NCBI RefSeq assembly: GCF_018977255.1
Contig: NW_024704765.1
Span: 9,238,001-9,302,000, forward strand
Reading direction: 5' to 3'
From: Callorhinchus milii
Lineage: Eukaryota
DNA: 64,000 nucleotides
Shown in pieces: positions 12,131 through 25,340 of the stretch; position 1 is the stretch's first letter, and each line of letters opens with the position of its first letter. A program made the position numbers and the translations under genes. The notes beneath the pieces are model-generated. The model had not been told where the DNA came from and ran no database searches. It saw nothing but the letters and a program-made list of their open reading frames with translations.

Positions 12131-15100
12131 CATNNNNNNNNNNNNNNNNNNNNNNNNNNNNNNNNNNNNNNNNNNNNNNNNNNNNNNNNNNNNNNNNNNN
12201 NNNNNNNNNNNNNNNNNNNNNNNNNNNNNNNNNNNNNNNNNNNNNNNNNNNNNNNNNNNNNNNNNNNNNNNNNNCGCACGTCAGAGATCTCACGGTGTTA
12301 CTCAAGGATTGAGTAAGGAGTGAATCCAAGACAAAGGAGTCACCCCCCCCCCCCCCACCCCCAAGTTTACTGGCCCCCACATAAAATTGATCACTCACAT
12401 CATGGCTATTTGTTGGATATCGTAATTGCATTTTCCCCAATGCCTGAAATGTTAATGTCTGAAACCCCTCCACAGGGAACCACGGCCAGTGTGGCGACTG
12501 GTTTTGTGGGTACATATGGCAGCTAATTTGCACACCTCAAGGTTCCCCACATGGTAAAATGAAGGATTAATTTATCAGGACTTATCAGCTAGGAAACCGG
12601 GAGACAAATAGGATCCATGGTGTTTGCTCCTGAGCACTCGGAGATGCTCCCCTGCATGAAGGGCCCTACATAAATGCACGTTGTGGTTGTTGTCGCTCCT
12701 GATCACTATCCAGTGACCCCTGTGTTGTATGGAGTCACCCAGGCAGCGTTATTGAGTGATGTAGCTTGTCACTCCCATCAGACGGCAGTGGTGCCTTGCA
12801 CTTTATAACCACATCAGACATGAGCCATCATTCACTAAGTATTGAACACATGACCTTAAGAACTGAGCAGTGATGGACGATTCAATCTGCTGTCTCAATG
12901 AATTCAGTATTTGAGAGAAATGAAACCATTCACTTGTATCACATAATCGATAGATTATTAAACAATTTGTCAAATGGGCAAAGAGCGAAGGTCATTTGTG
13001 AAATGTCTATTCAAGGATTTTTGCTTCTAATTTAGTTTTAGATTAATACTGGTGTGGGATATGGCTGTCTGCGTCAGGTAGTATTTTATCTTTCATCTTG
13101 ACTTCTTGTCGGTGAAAAGTGTTGCGTTTAAGATTGCGCCTCTACGTTTTGGCTTTTGTGGGATTAACCCTCTCATGGGCAAATTTTTTTTCATCTTTTG
13201 TGCACTTTGATTGGTAACCAATATTTCGTCGTTGTGCTATGTGAGGAACTGTCTTTAGATGGCAGGTGGTGTCCCACAGAATCCACTAAAGACTTAGCTT
13301 ATTGCCTGTGCTCTAACCTCATCCAATTTACCCTACCTTGCGGACGCAATCTCTGCTTCTTTGCCTCTGCTTTAGTCTTCGTTCCCCACTGCCATGAGAG
13401 CGCATAGTTTCTATGCCTTGAGTTATTGATGTCAAGCAACCATCTGTTTTAGGTGAGGGGAAGGCAGGGGAGGAAGGGTCTTGAGCACTGATCAGGCAGC
13501 TGCTGTCACAAGTCTATAGATGAGGATTTAGGAAAGTCCAATGAACCAGCCCAACAAAAAGATTTTTTGGCAATAAAAGCCCCAAGTGAGTTTTAAACCC
13601 ACAACCTCTGATCCAGAGTCAAGAGAGCTACTAACTGAGCTAACATGGCACCAGGGACTGATCTGCAACCACAGCTTAGAATGCTCCCTTCCAAACCTTT
13701 GGACAGACTACGCTAATAACTGTATTGCTACGTGTTTTTCACAGCTCCAAGTGGACAGAAATGAGAATTTCATACTTCCGCTGTTTCGTTTCACTGAAAA
13801 CCCTGAGAGCAAGTCAATCCAACAACAACCAGTATTGATACAGTCGCTTTCACAGAGAAGAATGTCTCAAAAGTCTTCACAACGGGAGTGGTAGTAGACA
13901 CCGAGCAGAAGTGTTAGGGGATTGGTGGTAGCAGAAGGGGTGGGAGAAGAGATAAGCTCTGGGGGATGTTGAAGGCAATGAGAGAGGGAGCAAAGTAGTT
14001 TAAGAAAAGAGCTACGGAGTATAGGGTTTGGTGGCTCAAAGTCTGGTCTGTGGCAGAGCAGACAAGAATAGGGAACGTTCAATGAGAAGAGGATGTTGAC
14101 TGGTGATAAACTGGATGATATTGGGAGATGAGTGTTATTTTGATTTCAGTGACATTTCTTTTGATAAGGAATTTCTCAGGAATCAAGTATTTTTATCTCT
14201 CTATCCTCTAGTGCTCTTAAATAAACTCAAAACGTTGCCTGGTTCAGTTGTGCTGATTCGGAGGAATAAGAAAGCACAGTCTCGAGAGTGTCCATGACTT
14301 TGCTGATACTCTCCTCCTATAGAAAAGTGGTGGAAGAACAGGTCTTCTCTTGTGGCTGTGGAGTTCTGACCTACTTAATCCACTCACAAGTTATTTCTCT
14401 ACGAAAAAGCTTCCACCAAGTGGCTGTTCACTGCACTGAATCCATCTATTAAAATTCCCAGAGCTGGGAATGATATTGTTGTCTCCCTAGATTCAGTAAG
14501 CATTGAAAAGCCGCTTAAGAGGCACATTGTTCTAACGCTGCCGATTGCCCGTGTGTTGACTGCAGGCCACATTGGATGAGCTTAAAGCTGCCTATCGCCG
14601 GTTGTGCATGCTCTACCACCCTGACAAGCACCGAGACCCTGAGCTGAAACAGAAAGCAGAGTCTCTCTTTAACTTAGTTCATCAAGCCTATGAAGGTGAG
14701 TGTACACACAGGGTGTTTTACTTCCTACCTCACCTACACCCTGCATGCACTGCTCTTTTATCAATTCACTTCATTATTTTGAAGCCATCAATCGGATCGC
14801 CTCTTAACCTCGACAGTTGTAAGGAATACAACCAAAGTCTCCCAGGCCTCTTGTGACAGCTAAGTCTGAGGTACCTCCGTGCCTGCCTCCCCTGTAGCAC
14901 AGAGAAATCCAGGACGCTGTTGTGGAGAATTGCTGATGTCAGCTCCGTCTGACTAGTGTGGCCCAGAAAGTCACAGTACAGATGTACTTAATTAAGAATA
15001 ATAAATGGGAGAGTCCAGACTTCTAAACACAGCCTAAGTAACCACACTGTTCCCAGGTTCCTCCTTACTGTAACAAATTATTTTTTGCGATCCACCTCAT

Positions 15101-18100
15101 TCATTTATTTCTCTCCACAGTACTTAGTGATCCGCAGAGCAGAGCCATCTATGATATCTACGGTAAAAAAGGCCTGGATATGGAAGGCTGGGAGGTAAGT
15201 TCATGTTATTCCCTGCCCTAAGGCTATCCAGACAAGACCAGGAAATACACTAATCTCTGTCGGATGTAGTGACTGTTTTTTTTGTAGACAAACACGATAG
15301 GTTCCACAACAACCTTGAAGTAAACAATCAATGAATCTGATGGATTGATCTACAGGTCTGTGAGCTGACTGATTCCTCTTTGCAGGTGGTAGAGAGGAAG
15401 AAGACAGCGACTGAAATACGGGAAGAGTTCGAGAGGCTACAACAAGAGCGGGAAGAGAGGCGACTGCAACAAAGAACGAACCCCAAGGTAGGCGGCAGCT
15501 AACTGAGGAAACAAAATGGCTGCAGTTGTGGTTGTCGATGGTTGCAAGAGGCGTTACGGTGTTTGCGCTCTCCTTGCTTCATCGCCTCCAAGGAGGAATC
15601 AAGTTTGCGTCCAGTAATCCACCTTCAAGGCTGTAACCGGTTCAATCTTTGCCAACAGGGGACGATAAGCGTTGGTGTGGACGCAACGGATCTATTCGAC
15701 CGCTATGAGGAAGAGTTTGAAGAGGCGAGGAGTGGCTTTCCTCATATTGAGATTAATAAAATGCACATATCCCAATCTATTGAGGTGAGTGACTTCACAA
15801 TAGCCTTTGGAGAGAATGGTTTCAGATTATCGCGTGGTAATCTTTTCAAATTGTATACTTGCGCCTTCTGATAGCCAAGAGCAACACCGAGCCATAGAGA
15901 CGAGTAATGTAGCAATTGTTCCTGGGTTGAGGAGGGGGGAAAATCAGCTTGCGATCAGAAGTTGAGCAGATTGGCGTAAACCTCGGGAAAGGTCAAGATT
16001 GGGGCTTGGTTGTGATGCTCCCCCCTGTGGAATAGCTCCCTACTGCCGGCCCTCACTGGCTAGATTCATACATGCAGACTAGCCTCCTTAGAACTTATGT
16101 CAGAGTGTATTTGGTGTTGGTGGAACCAAACCATAGCAATCGGTGAGGAAGAGCGTTAAGGTGTTCACTCACTCAGTGACGGTGAGGAAGCATCTTCAGG
16201 AAAGGAGACGGACACATTGAAATCCATTCAGACTCCAGTTGATGGGTCGCAATGTTTGTGTTTATTTTTTTGCAGGCTCCTCTAACTACGACGGATACAG
16301 CGGTGCTGTCAGGCAGCCTCTCCACACAGAATGGAAATGGCGGTGGCTCAATCAATGTTGCATTTAGGCGGGTGACGTCTGCAAAAGGTTGGGGAGAGGT
16401 AAGGACACTCGATGGGATGGGACTCCTGGAATTATCTCTCATGTCCTCGATCCTGAGAATTGAATTGGGGTTGCGCTCCATTCAGGATTATTATAAACCG
16501 GGGATAAAAGCAGGTATCATGCAAATCCTCAGCCCGCAGTCTGTTCGATCAGTCTGAACAAAAACAATACACTTTACACATGTGAATAGATTTCTAAAAC
16601 ATGTTTCTGCCCTAAAGTGACATTTGGATCAATTAAAGTTAGTGCACTGATCATTACCAAGGATAATTGGAACATATTTTAATTTTGACAAGGTCATTTT
16701 TCTTTCTTAAATTTTACGATAAGATCAGGAGTTCTGTACCACAGGAGTGAATGGGAAAGGATATTTGGTTCATTGACTCTTTGTATTTTACGATTAACAG
16801 TTGGAATTCGGAGCGGGAGATCTTCAAGGACCTTTGTTCGGGGTGAAGTTATTTCGAAACCTCACGTCACGCTGGTAAATGATACTATTACAAATTTTTT
16901 TTTGATGGGGTGTTCAGGTTAAAGTGCCTCCTTTTTGTTTCTGTATTTTTTCCCCCCCAATTTCCTAGTCTGTCTGGCCTAACGTTGGAGCTGTGAGTAG
17001 TTAACCAGCCCAATGGCCTCTGAGAAACCAGCTGCTCAATTGTGGCTATCTGATGTCTCCATTTCGCAGGATTTCTTTGTCGAGAAAAGGCTTAGAGAGC
17101 ACTTGATGATGATATTATCTACAAACTTTGTGTTTTTTTTCTCTCTCGGCCTCCCCGCAGTTTTATTACCACTCACTGCGCACTACAGTTCTCCTCCCGT
17201 GGAGCACGCCCTGGCCTGACCACAGTCCTGGCCCGGAACCTCGACAAGAACACAATGGGTTACCTGCAATGGCGATGGGGCATGCAGTCTGCCATGAACA
17301 CCAGTGTTGTGCGGGACACCAAATCTAGCCATTGTACATTAGCGTTCCAGGTAAGGCTGGAATTTGCAGTTCTCCTTCAGTAAATGTCTCTCTTATTGTA
17401 CTGATTTTTTAAATCCCTGTTTGATTCTCCCTCCATCCTTTTCTGGAGGAGTTTGGCTTCTCCCATCTTCTGGAGTTAGAATGTTCTCCACTACAAGTGG
17501 CCATTATTCACATGCAAGCCTGGATACAGAGTGTCTACCAGGCTATTCAAAAGATCACACGAGATTTGGATGAAGGTCCCCAACCCATTTGATTTCACGT
17601 TTTCCCGAGCACCCTGCCTGCCATCATGGTATAAAGCTTTTCTTTCAACAGTACCAGAATTCCGGCCTAGACCACTCTTCCCGGTAAACTGCTCCAGCCG
17701 GTGGAAAGAAATACTTCCTGGCATTTGTCCTAAACTTCCTCTTCAACTCCACACACCTCGTGTTCTGCAGCCTCAGAAATCTGAAAGTCTTGTTGTGGGC
17801 TTACTTGAAATTGAACTTCTTCTTCGACCGTGCCTTCGGTCATCTTCCCACCATCACCCCCTTGCCCTCCACGCCTCTTGACTCCAGCCCGCAACTCAGG
17901 TGCAAACCATTCACTGTCCAGCGCCTTGGGGTGTCCTCCCGACATGAAAGGAGCTATATAAATGCAATTTGTGGTTGTATTTGGATTCATGGTTTAAAGG
18001 CATGACATGGGAAGGGTATTGATTTATGTTATTATTTTTCTTCTCTCTGCCCCCATCTGTGTGTTGGCTATAGATGCACTAAATAGCGCTCCAAAACGCT

Positions 18101-21100
18101 ATACAAATGTGAGTTTTGTTAATACCCAGCACTGTCTACTCGGAGTTAAAAGCTCTTTAACCTGCAATGGTTTATTCACAGCTCGGCATTCCCCATTCAT
18201 TCGTACTGTTGAGCTATCAGTACAAGTTCCAGGACGACGATCAAACCAAGGTGAAGGGATCCATCAAGTAAGAAATTAATTTTGTTTTCCTTTAATATAT
18301 AACTGAGAGAAAACATGCACCCAGCATACAGTACAATCTAAAGAGTATCCATTGCTATGCACAATTGGCTGCCACGTTTCGCCCACAAAATATACAGTCA
18401 ATTCACTTTACAGTATATCCTGTGAAGCGCTTTGAGATGACGTGATAAGGCGCTATATCAAATGCAAGGAATACTATTATTATTAACCTCAAATTCCAGT
18501 CAGATGTGTAGAGATTCTGGTCTCCCTGACCTGACCGGTTTTATACATTTTCAGTTCATGCGCCATAATGCTGAAAAATCCCCTAAATTGATAATGACAA
18601 AAGGTCTTTGTTTGTGACTGTAATTCCTAAACTACTAAATGCAACACAAAAACCCATTGTATGGTTCTCCTGCAGGTCGGGTTTCTTTGGCACTGTGCTC
18701 GAATACGGTGCTGAGAGGAAAATCTCCAGACACAGTGTTTTGGGAGCAACGGTCAGCATAGGAGTGCCCCAGGGGGTGTCACTCAAACTCAAGTAAGTGT
18801 CACAACTGATTGTTATAAAATGTTTTGCCATTGATGCAATTGGGAAACACTGAGATGTGAGAGGTCTTCTGTAGGATTAACAGGGGAGAGCGTTGCATTT
18901 ACAGGTACCAGAGATGTCTCACAGCAAGTTTCAAAGGTGCCTATGTTAAGGCTTCAGCAAAGTTCCCGGGGAATGGAGAGGGAGGGATTGCGCTTTGTGC
19001 GTTTGTTCCACTTCTAAGTGAATTCTTGGGGGTCAGTGAGTTTATCCAGTGAAGATACCAGGAAGATCCCAGATTACGACCACTGATTTTCCCGAGTTAC
19101 TGATCTCAGCCAGGTTTGGGGTAGGGGCAGTATTTGGGGCTACAGTTGGAAGGGTGAGAGGGAAAGTCAGCCTATATTCCCTGCTCCCAGATCACCCTGC
19201 CCACACAACCATCTCCAAGTAAAGGAAAAGGGAACCAAACTGGACAGGAGAATTTCAATGAGCAAGAGATTAATAACATGAACTCGGTTATTTCTGTTCC
19301 CTTTTGCTACAGGTTGAACCGAGCCAGTCAGACGTACTTCTTCCCCATTCACCTCACAGACCAGGTGCTGCCTAGTGCCATCTTCTACGCGACTGTGGGA
19401 CCCTTAGTCATCTATTTTGCAATGCACCGACTGATCATCAAACCCTATCTCCAATCACAGAAGGAAAAGTGAGTGTCCCTGCGTCACGTGAGAGGTGTCA
19501 ACAGTGCCCTTAGACACGTGGGTTACGTGACCCAGTACAGTACAACTCACCCATAAGAATTGCTAGGTGAAAGGCCTAGGTCCATCCAGTTCATCTTCCA
19601 CCATCCTGGCAGTCGCATGTACATGTCGTGTTCCAAATTGTCCCCAGATATTATTTCCAAATAGAATTCTATCTAATTTAGTTCTTAAACTCCTGGGGAT
19701 CCATTATTCAATACAGAAACCATCTGCGTTCCTCAGCGACTGATACCCGTGTTATCTTTTGAGATGTTTCAAAGATGTGTTAACGCGCTATATCAAATGC
19801 AAGGATTATTATTCTCTAATTTATTGGAACCTGGACGGACCATTTTATTGTATCTCGTGCCAACACCGTCAGCGGCAAGTTCTCTTCATTTCAAAAAGAA
19901 GTGTAAAATCTCTTAACAAGGAAGAGCGGGTAGGGCGGGTGTAAAACGAGCCTTGTTTACAATACAGATTTTTTTCCCTCTCCTGTCAGAGAACTAGAAA
20001 AACACAGAGAGAACTCGGCAAGTACTGTGGCGGTAAAGAAACAGGAGGCTGAGGCATCGGTAAGTGATGTGGGTTTGAGGTTTGTCTTAAAATAAAGACA
20101 GAGGAACGTATAGAGGCCTGGGAAAGACTACTCAAACCATCTATCTGGTCTGGAACAACCTATCTGGCCATCTCTCTCTCTCGTTCTCCTCAAATGAATT
20201 ATTTCTCAAATCGCTATCTTTTTGTAACAGAACCTGTGGGAATGATATGCGGCTACTATTTTTAGCCTGTGGTAAAAGATCATGATTATTTCAGCGCTCG
20301 TACAGCTGTTTCTTGGGTGAATGATGAGGCTGGTTCCTAACTCAGTGTGTGCCTCACACCTTGGGCAACACACAAGAGCCTATAGCTTCCTCCACTTTCA
20401 TTCTGGTGCAAAGCCTCCAACCCCGCTAGATGCTTGGCTGGCGACTGCAAGATACTTTTGAGACGAGAGTGAGCTTGTGAAGCCACAACACTTTGAGGAG
20501 TGTTTGCGTGAATGAACGCAGAGTTTTAAACGGTACAACTAACGGGGAGTTTCATTTTGTGGCTGTTGTTGTGGGACATTGCTGTGCACAAATTAGGGGC
20601 TGCCTGCTTCAACAAAAACCCGTGAAGGGCTTTGAGATGTTTGAACGACATGATGCAGGTTCTGTATCAAGTATTCGGATAATCGGTATTAACAAAGGAT
20701 CAAACTCGAGCCAAGTCAGAGTTGTTACTGCTGCAGGACTGGGACTCTACCAGTGGGCGGCAGCAGTAAGCGTTACACCGGCTTCTTGGGTCACGTTGTG
20801 CTTCAGACTCCGCGGATACAATTAAAGTTTCCGAATAGTTTCTCCGTTCCAAAACTCTTCCGCTAATCCCCCTCCCCTCCCCAATATGCGGTAGGAACAG
20901 TTGCTACGTATATCCTTATGGGTTTCATTTTAAACCTTCAATTCGTTTTCTTTTTCTTTCACTCCCCCACCTCTCTCCCCGTCATCTGTACAGGCGATAC
21001 CTTGTCTGATTGAAAGTGCAGGAAGGTGAGCCAGGCCTGCCCTTGTTCTGGTGCCTCCCATCAGTGGAACGGCAGAGGACAGGGACTCACCAAGTGAGCA

Positions 21101-22955
21101 ATCTAAATGAATGAACTGACTGAATATTTTGCCCACAAATTATTCAGTCCATTCACTTTGTAGCATTTCCTGTGAAGCGCTTTGAGACGCCTCAAAGACT
21201 GGATAAGGCACTGTATCAAATGCAAGGATTATTGTAATCTCCTCCTGTAACTGCAGTGTCCGATAAGTCAACACTGACAACAAGCCTGACAGTGTCACAG
21301 CAAGAAAATTCACTTACATTTTGTATATTTCTTTGTGCAATTTGGGCTTTCCTCATAACTTTATGTTGCTTCTAGGTCCGGTTGATGCAGGAATCTGTGA
21401 GGAGGATTATAGAAACTGAAGAATCCAAAATGGGTGAGGACTTTTAAGAGTTCTTGGGAGCATATTAAGACGGGCTTTGGTCTTGGGGGATGAATTTTCA
21501 TGTTTGATGTGTAAAACGTTGGGGTGGGGGGGAAGAAACAGGATATCATGGGCTGAAGCCTAGCATCCCCGCTTCTGATAACCTCGTCTCCAAGAGTGGG
21601 TGGGTTTTTAGCCTCGACAAGCGAAGTCTCCGGGGGGACCATATGGCAGAATGCAAGGCAAAGCAAGTGAATCCACGACAATACTTTCAGATGTGCATGA
21701 GAGAGAGCACAGATTCAGGCTTGTAAAGAGCAACTTTAAGGCAGACACAGGAAAGTATTTTTTTGCATACCAACTGATTAAATGCCGGCATGAGTTACTG
21801 GGAAGTGTGATTGAGACCTGACTCGCTTAACAACAGCCATTCGATGCTTCAATTTAGAGTGGATGTTACAAGAGAATGAGATCGAATGGGACTTCTTCAT
21901 TCAAAACCTGTGCTTTGTGAGGTGGTGGTGGTTGGGGGAGTGTTTTAACACTGTGAAGGGGAATATTTGTAAAAACAGCTTCTTCTCCCCACCAGGTCTT
22001 ATCATAACTAATGCCTGGTATGGGAAGTTTGTGACTGACAACAGTAAGAAGCACGAGAAGGCCAAGGTGATCGATGTGACAGTTCCTCTGCAGTGTCTAG
22101 TGAAGGATTCCAAACTCATCCTGACTGAAGCTTGTAAGGTAAGACTCGGTCAGTGTAACTCAGTGTTAATGTAACTTCTTCTGCCTGGGTTTGTAGGTCT
22201 CACACCAAGACCTCTGCCAGTGCAGCTGAGCCAATTGGGTTGAATTGAGATTCACAAGCGACAACCTTCACATTTCCTCAATTCTCCTTACGGAGAGAGG
22301 GAAGGGGAGCTCAGGCTCCACGTGAGTTTTAGCGATGTGCATATAGTTAGTTACGTGCTGCTCCACGAAGTGCATGTTTTATGTGGCTGTTTCTCACAGT
22401 CTGGCCTGCCGGGGTTTTACGACCCGTGTGTCGGAGAAGAGAAGAGTTTGAAGGTGATTTATTTGTTCCGAGGAGTTTTGCATCAAGTCATGACGGGGAA
22501 TGCCGAATCACTGAGAATACCCAAGCAATGTAAGTAACCCAAGCAATGTAAGTAACAGTCCATGTAAAGCAGTAAATGGGAGGGAGAATGGATTTCTCAC
22601 GATGTCCTGGCCGTCAGCTATATTGGGACTTTGCTGTGTGCCGAGAAGCTGCCATCTTTGCCCACAAGACCAGCCGTACTTGAATAGTAATTACCATGAA
22701 GTGCTTTGAGATGTTTCAAAGTGACGAATCATAAAAAAAAATTCTGTGGCTGGGTGGGGAGAGGGGAGAGATTCAGCCTTTGGGGGGTGGGGTGGGTGGG
22801 AGGTGAGCAGAAGTGCAGGAGGCAAGTGTAAATTTAAATTCTTGGTGAGATCGTGTTATACAGCGGGAAACAGGACAAGACTTTGGTGGTGTGTCCATGT
22901 CAGAGCAATGCCCGTGTTTCTCTCCACAGCTCACAGAGTTGACGTGGACGGATGA
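11253..22955 (+). CDS. DNAJC11: DnaJ homolog subfamily C member 11 (mitochondrial MIB/SAM-associated J-protein), 16 coding exons, 558 aa
   Basis: Exons 11253-11324, 14566-14695, 15121-15194, 15386-15487, 15659-15784, 16276-16398, 16801-16874, 17161-17350, 18182-18267, 18676-18792, 19313-19468, 19990-20059, 21376-21433, 21996-22138, 22400-22529, 22930-22955. All introns GT-AG; total 1677 nt, in frame. J-domain with HPD ([13 protein letters not shown]), [14 protein letters not shown] near the C-terminus, ends SHRVDVDG*. Confidence 0.97.
11679..11763. repeat. (AAT/GAT)n microsatellite grown from the tail of a reverse-oriented SINE
   Basis: About 28 trinucleotide units directly abutting aatccgtgcgtttttgatatcgcgct, the reverse SINE 3' end. 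Confidence 0.85.
18350..18485 (+). mobile_element. SINE family A 3' fragment, representative of many (e.g. ~21125-21235, 28555-28700, 30143-30355 rev, 37960-38105 rev, 54280-54400, 58768-58917)
   Basis: caattggctgccacgtttcgcccacaaaatatacagtc...gtgaagcgctttgagatgacgtgataaggcgctatatcaaatgcaagg plus (TAT)n tail. Confidence 0.75.
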
Positions 22956-23341
22956 ACAAGTGGGAATCCTACGTGGACAGTCATCTGGGCTTGGACTTGA
23001 CTTGAACACAGACCAGCTGCTAAACAACTTCTCCTATAAATTAAATTTAACACAAATGCACATATGATTTTTATGTATGTAAGAGTTTTGTGGGTGGGGG
23101 GGGTGGGAGAGAGAGAGAGAGAGAGGAGGGAAAGAGATCTTTTCCATGTATAGAAGATTTAAAATGCTTTTACAGGTCATTCAATGGTCAACACACAAAA
23201 GGACGGGCACTAGATGCTGCCACATGACCCGGGTCACTGTGAAGCACTACCTGATCCAACAGAGTGTGAGAGTGTGGAACCTCAACTAAGCAGCGCCTTT
23301 CCTGGCAGAAGACTGAGTTTTATTAAATCTATTTGATGTAC

Positions 23342-23354
23342 AATAAAGAATAAA
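23342..23354 (+). terminator. Probable DNAJC11 polyadenylation signals (two AATAAA)
   Basis: caataaagaataaaa about 390 nt after the stop codon. Confidence 0.55.
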
Positions 23355-25340
23355 ACCAGATACTATTGATATAATAAAATAAAATCATTACCAGGATCGA
23401 AGGGAGGGTTGGGCTTTCTCTCGAGGATTACAGTGATGAGATATTGGAAGGCTTGCTGTGGAAGAAAGGCAGTCTGACTGGACTGGACCTCTGGGACCCG
23501 TGGGTGAATCAGCCCAGACTGAGGGACACAAGGCCTCTGCCCACATCTCTCCCATCCTCCCCAACCCCATGTTACAATGCTGGAAGAGATAATTGTTTTC
23601 AATCGCACTCACTTTCCTCCCTCCACAGCACGTACACACACACACACACACACACACCGTCTTTGCTCCATTTTATTAGATCATTCTGAAGCAGTTCAAT
23701 GACATAACCACGCACACACACTGGATGGCAGTGGTGACCAACCAAATCAATGTTCTTGATTGAACATTTCTTCATTTGGCTGCTCAGTAGCTACTGGAAA
23801 CAAGGCATTGATTTTGAACGGACTCCCCTGGACTGGTCGGCGACTTCAGGCCAGGGCTTGGCCACCATTGCTGTATGAGAATCGCAGTCCAGCTCTGTCC
23901 ATCTCAAACAACAAAGTCATTACCACAATCCACCCTCTCACACTAACTTCCCTGCTGCCAAAAGGGAAGCCAGTTAATCTCCATGCTGTACCAAGTCAAT
24001 AAATCACCTCCATATTTCCTCTTGCACTATATCAACTTCCATAACAAACCGAGTTGAAATTAGTTACACTTGATCTCAGCCAAAAGGCTGTGAAGTGGTC
24101 TTCAGTCGCTACACTTTACAGTGAAACACTTCTGAGACGTTCTCCTGACGTGAAAGGCGCTGTATCAAATGCAAGAATTATTATTATTTGCAGGACAATT
24201 TGCTGGTTGGTGTGGACTCCAAAGCAAGATCCTTTCTTCAGGAAGAAAGAGTAAGGCGAATGTGATCAAGATACAGTCAACAAGTAGACTTGTTCAAGAG
24301 GTTTAAAGACAGCAAGATCAAGCATGTGGAATGGGAAGGTGGCTGATAGCTCAGCCACTGATGCTGGGACGGAGGAGAAAGTCGTGCAGTGGGCCTGAGA
24401 TTGTGAAATGAAGGGAATGGCCAAGAGGGAGAGTCAGGTCAAAATAACAGAATTCATTATTTTTTAGAAAGTTATAAACAGAGGATTAAAATTTGCTTTT
24501 AGAGAAGGGCGAAAGGCACGGCTTTAACTGAAGATACATACGGAGCCTGCAGTGTTAATGAGATGGAGTGCAGATGTCTCTGCTTTTATAAAGTGATATC
24601 AAGAGGCATCGATTCCACACTGGCGTACAATAGCGTCTCAATGTTGCTCAGACAGATCAAACACCCGAAACTTAAATCGGAAGCACACAATTAAAGTGCA
24701 TTACATTGCGTAACCCGGACTGAAGTGTAACTCGAGCGTTTTCCACACAGCAAGAGTACAGCTGCTTACAGCAATTCTTCATCTGCGCATCAATACAAAA
24801 AGGAAATAAGTTCACGGTTAATGCAGCGTAGCTTCTTTCACCCCAAGAACATGTTCGAAGCATTGAGGCCTTATCTTTATAAAGTGTGTGTGTTGAAGTT
24901 CAAAGGTACAAGATTGTCACCAAGAAGGAGATTCCTAGAATTGCTTACGGCAACCATGTGACCAAACCATTTGGCCCAGGGTCCAGAATTCCTTTCAACG
25001 TGGTTCCTGTTGAACGTTTTAACTTTTGCAGCTGTAAACCCCCTTCCTTGGACTAACTCGGTGGTTTCGGCAAGTACAAACTGTGACAAAGTGGGTCCTT
25101 CGTTTTTGCCACAGCTTGAGAATGGATCATTTGAATCTGCCCAAGAGGGAGTCAACGTGAAACAACAATCATTTTTTTTGGCTTTTCTGCCTTCCTCAGT
25201 CTTAATTTTCGTTGTTCACACATAATTTGGTGTCCAGTGTTTGCACGTAGCAGGATTGTTGTCAGGACACACAAATGCCCTTCTCCCCCCACCCCCCCAC
25301 TCCTGTACTCACCGGCTTCTCTCTCTCCACAGCAGCACTT

